Source of the DNA: Lama glama
Taxonomy: Eukaryota
Length of the DNA: 64,000 bases
Direction: 5' to 3'
Assembly: GCA_028534125.1 (NCBI GenBank)
Contig: CM052817.1
Span: 101,558,001 to 101,622,000, forward strand
Positions 1 through 13,165 of this stretch are shown here, one piece after another; position 1 is the stretch's first letter; every line of letters begins with the position of its first letter. The notes beneath the pieces were generated by a model. That model was not told the origin of the DNA, did no database searches, and saw only the letters and a program-made list of their open reading frames with translations. The translations under genes were made by a program, and so were the position numbers.

Positions 1-240
1 AGAACTTACTTTTAAACTTAGAGAGTGGTGTTAAATCTCCTTGTGTAACTTGATCTAGTTTCCAAATTGTCAAGTGAATAGAAACTGACTAGTGAGAAAA
101 GATGAATCTGTTTTATGGCTTTTAGGAAGAAATATTGACATGGTTTTATTTCTCCATTGTGAGGTCAAAATAGAGTCTCTCTCTTTGCAGTAAGAGAAAT
201 TCCAGCTATTTCTACCTTATTGCTTTAGGTTGGACCTTAA

Positions 241-380
241 TCTGATTTGTTTAATTTTTTTTTATTGTGGGGGAGGTAATTACATTTATTTATGTATTTA
301 TTTAATGGCAGTACTGGGGATTGAACCCAGGACCTCATGCACGTAGCCATGAGCTCTACCACTGAGCTACACTTTCTCCC
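241..380 (-). mobile_element. tRNA-derived SINE (camelid Vic-1-type)
   Basis: Reverse complement of the tRNA-like head (TAGCTCAGTGG...GGTTCAATCC) plus A-rich tail; TSD ttaggttgg(a/g)ccttaa at 225-240 and 381-396. Confidence 0.9.
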
Positions 381-624
381 TTAGGTTGGGCCTTAAATGC
401 CCGATTTTCATTGGATGTGTGATACTTCCTGATTGTAGGACTTAGAAAAGTCTGTTATGGTATGAGCCAGGCCAGGTTTCATTTGTTCTATTCAGAGGTA
501 ATTACTGCTACCCCACTTGGGAGCTTTAAATCCCGAGGTCAGCTCTGACTCCGGGCTCCGTTGGCTCCTGGATCTGTTCCCACTGCTTTTCCTGTTAGAT
601 GAGCACCGTCCTCTTAGTAACATG

Positions 625-830
625 ACCTAATATTTATTGCGCTTAACTATGTGCCAGGCATGAGGCAAAGGCCTTGTTATTTCGTTTTAACCTCATGGTG
701 ACTTTAAAGAGGGTACTGTTGTCATCTTCATCTTACAGACAGTAAGGCTGAGACTTTTGAGAAGTTGAGTGACGGGCCCACGCAGGAGTAGAAAGTGGTG
801 GCTTTGCACCTGATCTCTGAAGCTCTCTCC
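625..830 (-). mobile_element. MIR remnant
   Basis: tatttattgcgcttaactatgtgccaggca...catcttacagacagtaaggctgag. Confidence 0.6.
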
Positions 831-2641
831 CTGCAGGCGAGACATCCTTGGTTCCTTGGGTAGGTCGTGTGAACTTGGATAGGCCTGAACACCCCGGGCT
901 CAGGTTTCTGACCTGGACACGTCTGCGGTGGAATTTCGGCTCTGCCTCTGAGTAGCTATTACGTAATCTTGGGTGAATCACTTAAATCCTCCAAACCTCA
1001 TCTTCATTCAGAAGTTGTGTGTGAAATCTGACGATAAATCCACTTTCAGGACACAAGGCAGGAAGAAGACTGTCCGTAATTATTTTCCTTCCTCCTGTAG
1101 CAGCAGCCTGACTTTTCTAAGATGATTTTTGGCAGGTGAGGTCGCCTGTTTTCTTTTTCCTCTGGAATGCTGAGCCCCGGCCAGCTGGGTCTGGAGTGGG
1201 GGTGGCTGCGTGCATCTGATGCTGGCAGCTCTTTACGTCCATGGCCTCCTGTGGCAATTCAAAACATTTCTGGAGGCCACTGGGTGTGTGAGTGGCCTTT
1301 CTGTTTTGCAGGCAAGTCAGGGACTTAGTCCTGGCCTTTTGGGGTTTGAGTACATGGCAGACCTCTTATCTGCCCAAGCTGGTCACAAGTGAAGAGGTTG
1401 GCAGGAGAGGCAGACGGAGCCTGAGCTGTCACCCTTATTATTAATACAGTTAATGCTGGAGATAGAATAAAGGCGATATGGATGGAAGATAACAGAGAAA
1501 GGATGCTTAGGAAGGAGGATGGAAGAAGGGAGCTTAGAGGCAGAAGAGTGGAGGGAGGAAGAAAAGTGTACAGCCAGGATACTTCCTATGAGATGAGGAG
1601 TTTGGAATGGGGTTCTCTGGTCTCCGTACTGTTTGCACCTTCAAGAAAAATGGGAGAGGGGCTTGCTGAAGGTCACAAAGCGTCTATAGCCTGGCGGGAT
1701 TGACACTCAGATGTCTACTTGTGAACCAGCCTCTGAACTGTACTCAGCGGAGGGCTACTTTGTGGGAGGAACAGATGGAAGGACTGTTCTGGCAGACTTG
1801 CTTTGAAAGCAGTTATACAGGCTACATTTAGGAGCTTCTCCAGTCAAATGTTTTTGGAGTATGTGGCTTTTAAAATGTCACATGACAGTTGATAGTTTCT
1901 TGATAGACACACACATCCTTGTACTTTATAAATGTTATATATTTATATGTATTTCATATTTTATGTCTTTAAGTATGCTTCTGTGTTGTTATAGCTCATT
2001 TTTTTTTAGTGTGTCATCTTTATGTGTTTTTTGGTATGTTAACTTGTGGCTTCTGATTCTGAAGGAAAGTGAAATCATCATTATGATAAATAACTACTGA
2101 AAATATGACCTGCCCTGTGAGATTTTATGTGATGGTTAATCTTAAAAATAAAGACCTGGTGATGGGTTCAACCTTCAGGAGTGAGCCTGGCTGTGTTTCC
2201 TGTGCTTTCTGTGTTACAACTAGTCTAACAAATTCAGAGGCCCAAGTTCCCTCCCTCTCCAACCCTCTCTACCCAAAACCCCCTTACTTGGATGTCTTTT
2301 CTTGATTTGGGGTTGGTGAGAATAGATATGTTGTCTGAATTCATCCAGAAATGAAGTCTATGAAAATTAAATCTATCTTCATTTGTATCTGAATGCTTAC
2401 AGAATCTGTATATTTGGTATGAAGTGATACTGACCATAATCTAAGAGTATCTTAAATTTTTGCAGCTGTATTTGACTTCTAATAGTTCAACTTTCACATT
2501 TAAATTCTAATTCAGACTCATCTATAAGGGAGTAAAATTATACCTCACGAGAGGCATTGCCTAAGTATATCCTCTTAACTCTGCATTCGAATTTTAAAAC
2601 TACAGTAAGTTTAATTGCTTTTTTTCTTTTCTTTTTTTTAG

Positions 2642-2710
2642 CTTCTCAGACAAGCTATTTAGTGGAAAGGGCTTACATTTTCAGCCATCAGTTCTAGATT
2701 TTGGGATTCA
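2642..2710 (+). CDS. TMEM131L: TMEM131L internal exon (approx. exon 4)
   Basis: ttttag|C...ATTCA|gtaagt; 69 nt; [23 protein letters not shown], recognised as TMEM131L. Confidence 0.95.
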
Positions 2711-5529
2711 GTAAGTATCTTTTCCTTATCATTTTTAGTAATTTACTATTTGCATTGTTTGATTTTGGATATCTTTTAAATATTTGTGATGTTAAATATA
2801 TTATAAGTATATTGATACTATCAAGAGATATTCGTCCTACAACTTGTTAAAAGGAACATTGCTGTGAAAAGGAGAGTGTAAGGATTGTGTTAGTCCTTTC
2901 TTTAGTTTTTAATAAATGTACCTTATAATTTAAGAAATAAGTCCTTGTTCTGAAACAAATCAGGTTATTTTGTAATGAAAAACTCTACATAGTGATAGTT
3001 TCTGAATTTTTAAAAAACTGGATTCATTTATTCACTCATATTTACTGCTTGCTGTCCCTCAAGATTCAAAATTGTGCAAATTAGTTATTATGAATCAAGA
3101 TTCTGGAAACAAGGGCGGAAGACGGCGTATAAGCAGTAATGACTCACAGTACGTCTTACTGAGGACCATGACGTGAAGGGGCTATGATCTGAGAGCCAGC
3201 TGAGGACTGACCTGGGAACTCGGAGCAGTTAAGGAAGAGGAGGGTGAAGCAGTGCAGAAGAGGGGACTGACAGACTGGTGTTGGTTGTGATGAAGTTGAA
3301 GCCTTAAAGTGTTAGACTCCCTGCATGCAGAATGGTGCTGCATTGAGTGGATACAGTTTCACGTTAGTTGAGTTTCAGAGGGTGGAAGTCACAGAGTGTT
3401 TCAGGTGTAGAAACCCTGCTGGTTTTAGCAGCCTGGAACATCAGTTTGATGAAGAACTTTTCTGAGTGACAAGAAGAGTTATGTAACCATGGTGACAGGA
3501 GAGCATCTGGGCTGTGTTAGCGGTGGTCTCCTGGTGTGCTCTCCTTTATTCATCTGGACTTCCTTCTTTCCGGTTCCTTCTGATCATCAAAAGATGAGAG
3601 CTGCAGTAAAGGATAATGAATTTTAAATTTAAAAGTACATTGTTGAGCTCTTTCAGGAGAGCCTGTAAAAGGAAGAGAGAAAAGTGTGAAGGGAGCTTTC
3701 TGACTCTACAAGATTCTAGGTGTCTGCTTTTTTGGTTTTGAATTTTTATATTTTTACTCTTTGGTAAAGAAACTTTATTAGAAGCTGAATATATAGTACG
3801 GCGTCATTGATTTCAAATTTTAAGAGAGCCCTTTGCTTTTGTGAAAAGTATTGTAAAGGAAATTTTGATGCAGGACCTTCTTTGCATATTACAGATTGGT
3901 AGATGTAATAAGATGGAGAGCAGTGAGTCTCCTTAGACTAGGATACAGTTCCAATTCATGGGATGCCAGCTGTCTGTAGTATATTTACTCTTCAGTAATA
4001 TAAAAATCCTGCAAACAGTGTCCATGTGTGTATGTATGTATGAGCTAGGTATGTTAATTAGCTCTGTATTTCAATTTCTGGTAGCTGGAAGCATGTTGAA
4101 AAGGAGTATTTAACGTCTGGATTTGAAAAGGTTACTAAGTTTTAGACTTGAGTCACCTTTGGGCAATTCAGTTTTGTTGATGTAGTAGTTCATAGTTTCC
4201 AAAGTACAACTTGTCACTTGTGGGCTGGGTCTTATATCAGTCCTGGAAGGATGGTGGAGGCAGGTGTTGAGAGAGAGAGAGGGGCTACTGAGTATGTGTG
4301 TATCATTTCCAAATATCTGTGTGTTTGAGCGTGTACTACAGATGCTTGTCTATTTGTTGCTGAGAAATAGTGCATTTTTCCAAAGGTCATTTCACTACAA
4401 GTGGCAAGACAAACCCGATTTCTAAGCAAGCAGACACCATGCTGTTTTTCTTGTAATTGAGATCCAGGATATAGTTATGTGAATAAATTATATTTGCTGA
4501 TGTTAAAAAAATCTAGATAATAACAAACTATAGTCTAAATCAGAACACATTTAAAATTACTCGAGTTTCATCTTACTTCTAACAAATGGTCTAATTTATA
4601 GGCATTAGATACGCACTTTAACCAGAGCGTTCTCCGGATCACTTCACTGCCCTAGTTCAGGCTTTGCTATTGTTTATTTTGATGTTGACCTTGAGCATAC
4701 CTCACCCTTCTCAGAGCTTTGGTCTTCCTCTGGGTTGGAGAACCAGGATCATGTTCTTCAGTTGCCCTCTGCCTACTTCTGAGGGCTTATTTTAAGGGTT
4801 AATATTCTGCTGGTCCTGAGATTAAAAGTGCTAATCATTCACAAGAAATTTTCATCATTCTTTTGTAGTATTAAATTAAGAGAATATCTTCCAGTTGTCA
4901 CTAGTGAAGGAAATTCTTATCCTCATAACACTTTTAAAAATAGAATTTAAAAAAAAATAGACTAAAAATAGCACAGTGGTCAGTAGGTTTCAGCCAGCGT
5001 TCTCTGTGAGGTCTGCTGAGGCTTCTGGCGGACGCCGCCACTGGGCTGTGTAACATGGCAGTTTTGCAGCCTTGTTTTTTGATGTTTTGCTCTGGGAGAC
5101 ATTTGTATCATTTGAAACTAAAAAATCTTGTGTTTCAACTTTATGAAGGAGATAAAAGCTTTGAGGATAAGTATTAATAATAATAAATAGCTTTCAGCTA
5201 TTCACCCAAAATCATGGAAGTTCTTACGTATTTAATTTAATTGAGGGAAAAGGCAGTTGGGAGCCCGGTACTTGTGAGAAAGGGCTTTCTCAGGTGACCC
5301 TTGATGCTTATGATAGTATGAAATTTTTAGTTGTATTATTTAAGAATGCTCTAAAAAAATCAAGATTTTAATCACACTGCTGTGTATTTATAACTGACTT
5401 TAAAAGACTTATTTTATAAAATACATTTTGGACCTATTAAGCCTTCAGTTAAGACTTGTGATTAAAAGTAGGAGGACAAGCTGAAAGAAAAATTTTAAGG
5501 ATTTGATGGCAATAACACAGCATTTTAGA

Positions 5530-5619
5530 CGGGAGGGTCGAGCTGAGTGGTAGAGTGCATGCCTAGCATGTGCGAGATCCTCGGTTCCATCCCCAGCACC
5601 TCCATTAAAAAAAAAACAA
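5530..5619 (+). mobile_element. Vic-1-type SINE
   Basis: tRNA-like head, poly(A), TSD acagcattttaga. Confidence 0.88.
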
Positions 5620-5692
5620 ACAGCATTTTAGAAATCCCATTGAATATAAGAGAAACAACACACATTTGATTTTTCCTAAAGCATACTTTCTT

Positions 5693-5948
5693 TTTTTTTC
5701 ATTTTTCAGTTTTATTAGGTAGACTTGTTATAATTTGACTACACATATACAATATATTGCATGTAAATACATATATACAGTATACTGCGCATTTTTTTTA
5801 GTTTACATATGTGTACTGATCACTGTTTTTAAGAACAGTTTAGAGCTTTAGCTTTTTAAACTTGCATAGTTATCAAAGGAATAAGGCCAATCACAAAATA
5901 AGAATCAACAGAATGCGATAATCCAATCATAAAGGACAGTCAAATGTG
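5693..5948 (-). mobile_element. Retroposed polyadenylated 3' tail (L1-mediated, family not recognised)
   Basis: Minus-strand AATAAA plus poly(A); 17-nt TSD with 2 mismatches at 5676-5692 and 5949-5965; second copy at 39191-39414. Confidence 0.8.
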
Positions 5949-6940
5949 CTAAAGCACACATTCTTAATGTCAGAAATTGGAATAAAGGCAGAGAAATATG
6001 AACAGAAGGTAGATGAATTTTTGCTGAATTTAGAATCTAGTATTTCCAGGCCATACTAATGAAAACTGTCTCTTTGGAACTCTGCCACTGAGGGTGTTAA
6101 AACTGGAGAGATGACTTAAGTGAAGTTTTTGCTGGCTCTCTGTTTATTACAATGTGGTTGAACTAGAGTGAATTTGGTATTGAGCAGCAGGATTCAGAGT
6201 AAATGATTCCAGGAAACATTGCAGGTAGCTCCAGGTAGGTGGGCCGGAAGCCGGCCCCTTTCCTCCTGGGGTTCCTTTGTTGGAGCCCACCTTGTGAATG
6301 GAGAGCCCGGCTGAAAAGAATCAGCAGCAAGGTCTCCATCTCTTAGTGTGTTTGCTGCACAGCAGAGTTGCTTACTGTGAGGGTCATGGAAAGTTATGGG
6401 CGTAAGTATAAAACTTTTGTGTGTATATTTGGGGAGAGAAGAGCCAAAGCTTTCAGCAGGGTTTCCTGAAAGACTCACGATTTAAATGCATAAGAGCCAC
6501 TGCTAGAAAGAGCCACAGAATTTTCATTCTTTGAGGAAGAAAATGGTCTTTCACAATGAAGCTTTCCTTTTATGAGACTTAAATCTCTATGCCATTTAAA
6601 ATCCATTCCCCCCAAAAGTCTCTTTAATTTTATTGCTTAGAGAACAAACTCTCAGAAAATTGGCTTTTTCTATGAGTATAGTTTCTTATCTGAAACATAT
6701 TTTCATTTGAATTAGAGACACATGTCAGACAAGTACCTAGTTCCCACTAGGTGTTTTTTGTTTTTTTTTTTAAACAAGTATTTAATGGCCTAAATGGATT
6801 GAATTCTTCCAATATAAAAATCATTGGGGTGCTCCAGTGGGGTGGCTTAAGTGTCTTATTAAAAAAAGAATTAAAAAAATTTTGGACTAATTGTTGCTTT
6901 TAATTTTGTAATGAATATCAATAGCTTTCTGGGTTTAGAC

Positions 6941-7019
6941 TATATATATGTATGTATGCATGTGTATATGACTGTATGTATGTATGTGTGGATGGATGGA
7001 TGGATGGATGGATGGATGA
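6941..7019. repeat. Compound (TATG)n/(GATG)n microsatellite
   Basis: Seen directly, about 50 nt upstream of the exon 5 acceptor. Confidence 0.85.
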
Positions 7020-7071
7020 TTTTATTTATAACCATGCAACACCTTGCATTTTCTCCTTGTTCCCCTCCCAG

Positions 7072-7195
7072 ATTCCTGGGACACCCTGTAGCAAAGATCC
7101 TCTATGCGTATAACCCTAGCAGGGAGAGCGAGGTGGTGGTGAATTCCGTGTTTACAACCGCAGGACATTTCCACGTGCCTCCCGTTCACTGCAGG
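7072..7195 (+). CDS. TMEM131L: TMEM131L exon 5
   Basis: cccag|...AGG|gtgagt; 124 nt; [41 protein letters not shown]. Confidence 0.96.
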
Positions 7196-7721
7196 GTGAG
7201 TGTGGATGTTCCTGTGGAAACTATGCTATGGCTGGCAGCCAGATTTTCTTGCTTTCCTTGGCCTGAAGTTTTCACTTTCTGCTCCCGGTCTCCCCTTTTC
7301 CTGCTACCCAAACTCTTTCCTTCTGTGTGTTTGCTTGAGCATTTATTTTTTCAGTTGTTCAGATTCAGAATTTAGGTGGCTCTTGATAGCTACATGGGGG
7401 AAAAAAAGTTTGAAGGGTTTAAATGTGGTAGTAATGTGTGTCTGTTCAATATGACTTTTTCATGCTTAAAGAAACTTAACATTACTTGACTTATAATGAC
7501 TGCAAATGCTGAAGCATTTAGTAACTAGTACAAGTTTACAGTGGTGACCTCTTCACCTGGCTCATTAAGATGGTTAGGACTCTTTTCTAAATATAGGACT
7601 GAGAGGGAGTGAATGGCCCCTTATGAAGCTAAGGGGCCATTTGCACTGGAACACAGAGCTCAAAACTGATCTCCTAATAGTTTTAATTTTAGTAATTCAA
7701 TTTAATTCGGGTCTTTAATTT

Positions 7722-7810
7722 TTGTCTTTTTAATGGAGGTACTGGGAATTGAACCCAGGACCTCACGCATGCTAAGCGTATACTCTACCACTGAGCTATA
7801 CCCCTACCCC
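7722..7810 (-). mobile_element. Vic-1-type SINE
   Basis: A/B-box head; flanking repeat ggtctttaa. Confidence 0.88.
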
Positions 7811-7992
7811 GTAGGTCTTTAACTTTTAATGAACATCCTAATTACTAGCTGGGTTTATTTATATATTTTCTGATAGACAGAGTAAAATAGACACTTTATC
7901 TTTTTTAGGTACTGGGACTGAGGATGTGGTATAAGGGGGAGCCCAGTGTTTTGTTTATGACAGTCTGCCCAGATAAACACTGTCCTTGACTT

Positions 7993-8143
7993 AAAAAAAT
8001 TTTTTTTTGCTTTTGTTTTTTTTTGGGGGGGGGAGGTAATTAGGTTTATTTATTTACCAATTTTTAGAGGAGGTACTGGGAATTGAACCTAGTACCTTGT
8101 GCATGCTAAGCATGGGCTCTACCACTTGAGCTATACCCTCCCC
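7993..8143 (-). mobile_element. Vic-1-type SINE
   Basis: Head plus aaacctaattacctcccc tail; TSD gtccttgactt. Confidence 0.9.
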
Positions 8144-8538
8144 ACAGTCCTTGACTTTTATGAAATATCCACACGTTTGTCCATTGGTGCCTCTCTTTGC
8201 TTAAGTGGAGGTAGGACTGTGTCCCACACAGGCCCTTGAACACGGGGGAGAGGAAGAGGAAGGTGGAGGAATGGTGTGAGGCACGTGACCGCCACCCGGG
8301 GTGAGAGCTCTCTTGCCGTAAGTCCGTGGTGTGCACTTTGATATTTTCTCTTAGATAGTTAGGTGTTGGTCTGTTCGGACAGCCTCAGGGATTCATGATA
8401 CATGAATTCATTTATACAATCAAGGGTGCGGGAACCTGCAATCATCTGGCAACAGGAATCGTCAAAAAGAAAGTCTGTGACAGATAGTTTGTCACAGAGG
8501 GGCCGTTCTAGGTGGCTAATGAGGTCCCTTTCTTCCAG

Positions 8539-8655
8539 GTAATTCCTGCAATGGGGAGAACCTCCTTCAGAATTATTTTCTTACCCACTGAAGAAGGAAG
8601 CATTGAAAGTTCTTTATTTATTAATACCTCCTCATACGGAGTCCTTTCCTATCAT
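8539..8655 (+). CDS. TMEM131L: TMEM131L exon 6
   Basis: ttccag|...CAT|gtaagt; 117 nt; [39 protein letters not shown]. Confidence 0.97.
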
Positions 8656-9485
8656 GTAAGTCACTTTTTCCTTCTGTCATGTGATTTGGCTGTTGACTTA
8701 ATGAAAGGGTTTGGGAAAAAAAAAGACTTTTGGAAGCGTTGCCACCTGGTTGATGTCATGGAGATAAAGGACTGTTTCACTGATGACAGCTCACCAGCAA
8801 TCCCCCTTCCCCTGGTGGGATGTCCTCAGGACAGAGTGCAGAGCCATAGCTGGCCCTGGATCTTGGGAGGGTATTGGAAAGAAACAGAGAAACCTACAGT
8901 ACAGATTTCTAGTATAAAGAATAGTGGGATTTTAAAACTCACGTCCCTCACCTCAGACAGTCCAGGGGTCGGGAGCTCTGGGCAGCCCCTGGTGACGTTG
9001 CCTCCTCCTCTCTGGGACTTGGAACTCTTTCTGGTTGGGGACAGGGGTCCCGTGCTGGGGAAGCCAGTTCTCAGGGAGCTCACAGTTCTCTCAGAGCACT
9101 AGGGAGGGAGGGAGAAGAATCTTTCCCTTGTTCACAAAAATAGTCAGGGCTTTTGATCTTAAGTGGTATCTATGACACCTTTAAGTGCCAAAAGCTATCA
9201 TTTTTGTGGCAAATTCCTACTGGAGTCCATTAAACACATGATCCCATGTTATTAAAGATGCCTGTTTCTGAGAAGAGTTGCTACAATGAGGAACATCCAG
9301 CTTAAATACAGCAACTTTTGTTGCCTTTTTTTTTGTAGTCAAAGATAATCATAGTAATTGGACTAATAGTCTTGAAGGCCAAGTTGATAAGCACAGATGT
9401 GCTTTGGAAAGGTATTTCAGTACTATGTCATGTGTGTTTCAAAACTGACAGAGGAGTAATCTGCCTCCACCCTTTTCTCCTGCAG

Positions 9486-9596
9486 GTATCTGGAGTTGGC
9501 ACTCGCAGAATCTCTGCAGGAGGGTCTGCAAAGCAGCTACCGAACGCTTACTTCCTCCTCCCACAGGTCCAGAGCATTCAGCTTTCGCAGACACAG
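9486..9596 (+). CDS. TMEM131L: TMEM131L exon 7
   Basis: ctgcag|...CAG|gtgatc; 111 nt; [37 protein letters not shown]. Confidence 0.95.
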
Positions 9597-10190
9597 GTGA
9601 TCTTAATAGTAAATTTATTTTGAATGCCAGTAAACACCACATTCGGTGACCTCTAAATTTAGATGTCTTTTGCAGAGTACACACAGACCTTTTTGCATCA
9701 TCAAGATGAGGATTTTAATATGTGCTCCTCTTGGAAAAATTCCTGATACGTATGGAAATAATATATATATGTAAAGTGTCAGTAGACGTCGTAATAGTTC
9801 TTTTTAACGGCTGGATAGTCCACCGAACTGATATTTCATGGTTTGCTTAGTCCTGTTGTTGGTCATTTGCGAAGTGTCCAGTTTTTCATTATTGTTACCA
9901 CTAGGCTATGTACATATTTTGCAAGTTTCTCAATTTCCCTTTTGGACTACCTGTTTCCTTGGGGTGTATTTTGTAAAGAGGATTCTGTAGCTAAAGACTG
10001 TGAAACCGTTTTATAGAACTTGTTAGTCTTGCCAGGGTGCTTTTCAGGAAGGCAGAACCTCCCTGGTCCCGGTGATGACATTTCAGCAAGAGTGTTGTAC
10101 CCCCTCCCCTCCCCTGCCTGGATGTGGCTTGGTGGCAAGAAACGTTTTTGATGTTTTAGTAGGTGTATAATGCTACCTTAAAATTCTTTT

Positions 10191-10356
10191 TTTTTTTTTT
10201 TTGGCTTTTAATTTAAAAACAATTTTTTTTTTTTTGGTTTTTTGGAGGGGAGGCAATGAGGATTATTTCTTTATTTTTAGAGGAAGTACTGGGGATTGAA
10301 CCCAGGACCTCATGCATGCTAAGCATGCTTTCTACCCCATGAGCTATAGCCTGCCC
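10191..10356 (-). mobile_element. Vic-1-type SINE
   Basis: Perfect 15-nt TSD ccttaaaattctttt at 10176-10190 and 10357-10371. Confidence 0.9.
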
Positions 10357-11160
10357 CCTTAAAATTCTTTTAATGCATATTTAATTAATAGCTTATAGGG
10401 TTGGCTGTTTTTTTCCCTTTGATTTTTTTATCCTGGTAACTATGGATGACTTTTGAAATTCAGAAAACTGTTGAACCAGTGTGTTATGAAGCTTACCACC
10501 TTACCAGCCTTTCTTTCTGATGAATGAATAAAGACTACTGCTCGGACTTTCTGTCAGTCATGGTACCCAGGCTTCCTTCACCATCAAGTCTTCCTGAGCC
10601 TCTGCTCTGGGCCAGACATCAGTCCAGCACTTCTGTCTTCACGGAGCTTTCGTTCCAGTCGGGAGACAAGTGAAGTTAATTTACCTGTAATTAAAGGTCC
10701 GGGTACTTTGCCCCCAAATAGTTAATTCTTAGGGTTTTAAATGTTATTATTATTTTTATATAAAATGGAATAATAGCCCTTCCTCAGGCATTTAAGGGAG
10801 GTTTCTTGTAATTTGCAAATTTGGATTTGGTGTAAGTCCTAAAACCAGTGGGACTGTACTGAGGGGTTTGGGGCAGGAGATGGCTATGATCTGACTTGCG
10901 TTTCAGAAGGGCTCGAAAGGGCCACAGAAAGTTTCATCTGCGGGTTTTTCCTGTGAACGTTTTCAGCCGTATCTCAGGGCTGTCCTTCAGTGAAGGGGGG
11001 CGGCTAAGAATGCCCAGGTTTCTCTGGTGGCCGAGAGTGAGAGCTTTGAGTGCCTCATGCCATATTAGTGGCGATAAAAGTGCTGAAACCGAGGCGGGTG
11101 TTCAGATCGCCTTTGTTAACGAGGTTAATTTAAGGATACGTCGAATTAAAGGCCTCAGAG

Positions 11161-11660
11161 NNNNNNNNNNNNNNNNNNNNNNNNNNNNNNNNNNNNNNNN
11201 NNNNNNNNNNNNNNNNNNNNNNNNNNNNNNNNNNNNNNNNNNNNNNNNNNNNNNNNNNNNNNNNNNNNNNNNNNNNNNNNNNNNNNNNNNNNNNNNNNNN
11301 NNNNNNNNNNNNNNNNNNNNNNNNNNNNNNNNNNNNNNNNNNNNNNNNNNNNNNNNNNNNNNNNNNNNNNNNNNNNNNNNNNNNNNNNNNNNNNNNNNNN
11401 NNNNNNNNNNNNNNNNNNNNNNNNNNNNNNNNNNNNNNNNNNNNNNNNNNNNNNNNNNNNNNNNNNNNNNNNNNNNNNNNNNNNNNNNNNNNNNNNNNNN
11501 NNNNNNNNNNNNNNNNNNNNNNNNNNNNNNNNNNNNNNNNNNNNNNNNNNNNNNNNNNNNNNNNNNNNNNNNNNNNNNNNNNNNNNNNNNNNNNNNNNNN
11601 NNNNNNNNNNNNNNNNNNNNNNNNNNNNNNNNNNNNNNNNNNNNNNNNNNNNNNNNNNNN
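11161..11660. other. Assembly gap (500 N)
   Basis: Run of N. Confidence 1.
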
Positions 11661-12599
11661 CAAAAACCCCAATGGTTTACTTTAGGGGTACAAACTGGAG
11701 GAGAAATGAACTACTTGTATGAGGTCAGAAAGCTTATTTCGTACCTCTGTCTGGTCTGTCTGTTTCCAGGCTTGTGATCTTTCCACTGAACCACACTGCC
11801 TCTCGTTGGAAGCTTTAAATGATTACCTGTAAATCACCCAGAACAACATCAACCCCCCAAAATCACAGGGTATAACTTTACTAAAGCACTCTGAAAAGGG
11901 CATTGTTTGATATTTTGCCCCTCCCCCGCCTTTTCCAAAAGCGCTTATATTCAGGGAAATTGGCCAAAAGAAACACGTCCATTTTATTTGATCTTTTTTC
12001 TATGAACAGGGGAAAACTGTTAGCATTTATTATGTTCTATAGATTGTAACTTGTTCTGCCTCTTAATATGGATCCTGAGTTCGATCTCAGTTTTTTTGGA
12101 GTAACCAAAGAATGTGTCCATCTTGTGAAATAAACTAGGGTGCCTGTGAATAATTGTTAGGTTATCTCAGTGTTTTTTGTAGTATGAGCTCATTTCTTTC
12201 CTTCTTGTGTGTGTCAGTCCATATCTGACTTTTGCATTTTCCCTGCTCAGTGGAATTGGATTAAATGGCTCACTCTCTTCTGCTGAAACCGAGAGTGTTT
12301 ATGTGATTTGTCCTCTGTCTAAATTCACACTGGCTGGCTGGTCTGTGGCGATCACTGAGTTCACTGGAGAGAAGGGTGTACATTTCAGCCTCTCTGCTGT
12401 GCACGTGTGTCTGCTCTTGGGAAGAAAGTAGGCAAACATGAGGAATTAAAATTGCCTTTTTTTCCCCCATTTGTTTTGGCCTTTATGAAGTGAGCATTCC
12501 TAGCAGATGAGACATCACCATGACAGTGGGTTTAAGTGAGAATCTGAGGTTCCCCTGCTTTTATTGTCATCTTGGGCACCTGGGTTATTCCCCCTCCCT

Positions 12600-13165
12600 C
12601 AGTCAGGCTTTCTCCCCTCCAGTGCACATGCCGCCCCTGCTGGTGAAGTCTTCTTAAACACGACTATTCGTTATCTTCCTGGTTACTGCACTGGCCGGGT
12701 TTCCCGTTGTTTGCAGGATACAGCCCAAGCGCCTTAGTTTGGCATACAAGGTCCCTCATCACCTGGGTCCAGCTTCTTCTCCAGCCTCGGAGGTACCACT
12801 CCTGTCTTCTCAACTCTGGCCTCACAGACCGCTCGTCCCTGCCATCCCTTTGTACAGACTGTCTCCCCTTCATAAGATTTTACCCCATTCTAACTCCAGT
12901 TCTCCTTCTGATTCTATCCGTCGAGACCCAGTTTAGATGTTACCTCCCCTGGATCCTCTCCAGGTACCTGGACAAGTCTCTGCCCTGGTCCCCCGGCACG
13001 TGGTGCAAACCTGCTTTAGCACTCAGTGTCCCGGGCTGTCCCCACCCTGGTTCTTCCACAAGCTCTCTGGGTCCGGGCCTGTTTCTTTTTCATTTTTATA
13101 ATCTCAGCATCATTTTAGTGTTTGGTACACTGAGGGCAGCCCCCAGAGTTTTTAATAGGTGGATG
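12600..13165 (+). mobile_element. L2 remnant
   Basis: caggatacagcccaagcgccttagtttggcatacaaggtccctcat-type L2 3' motifs. Confidence 0.6.

Noticed and set aside
2711..2727. GTATCTTTT resembling a U12-type donor
   Set aside because: It is 4 nt inside a canonical GTAAGT donor, and using it would add an in-frame TAA
8512..9102. 196-aa ORF extending past exon 6
   Set aside because: Only 8539-8655 is TMEM131L-like; the rest is intron read-through past a strong GTAAGT donor
10896..11777. Long ORFs of 293 and 180 aa (also 49757-50317)
   Set aside because: They are open only because they cross N gaps
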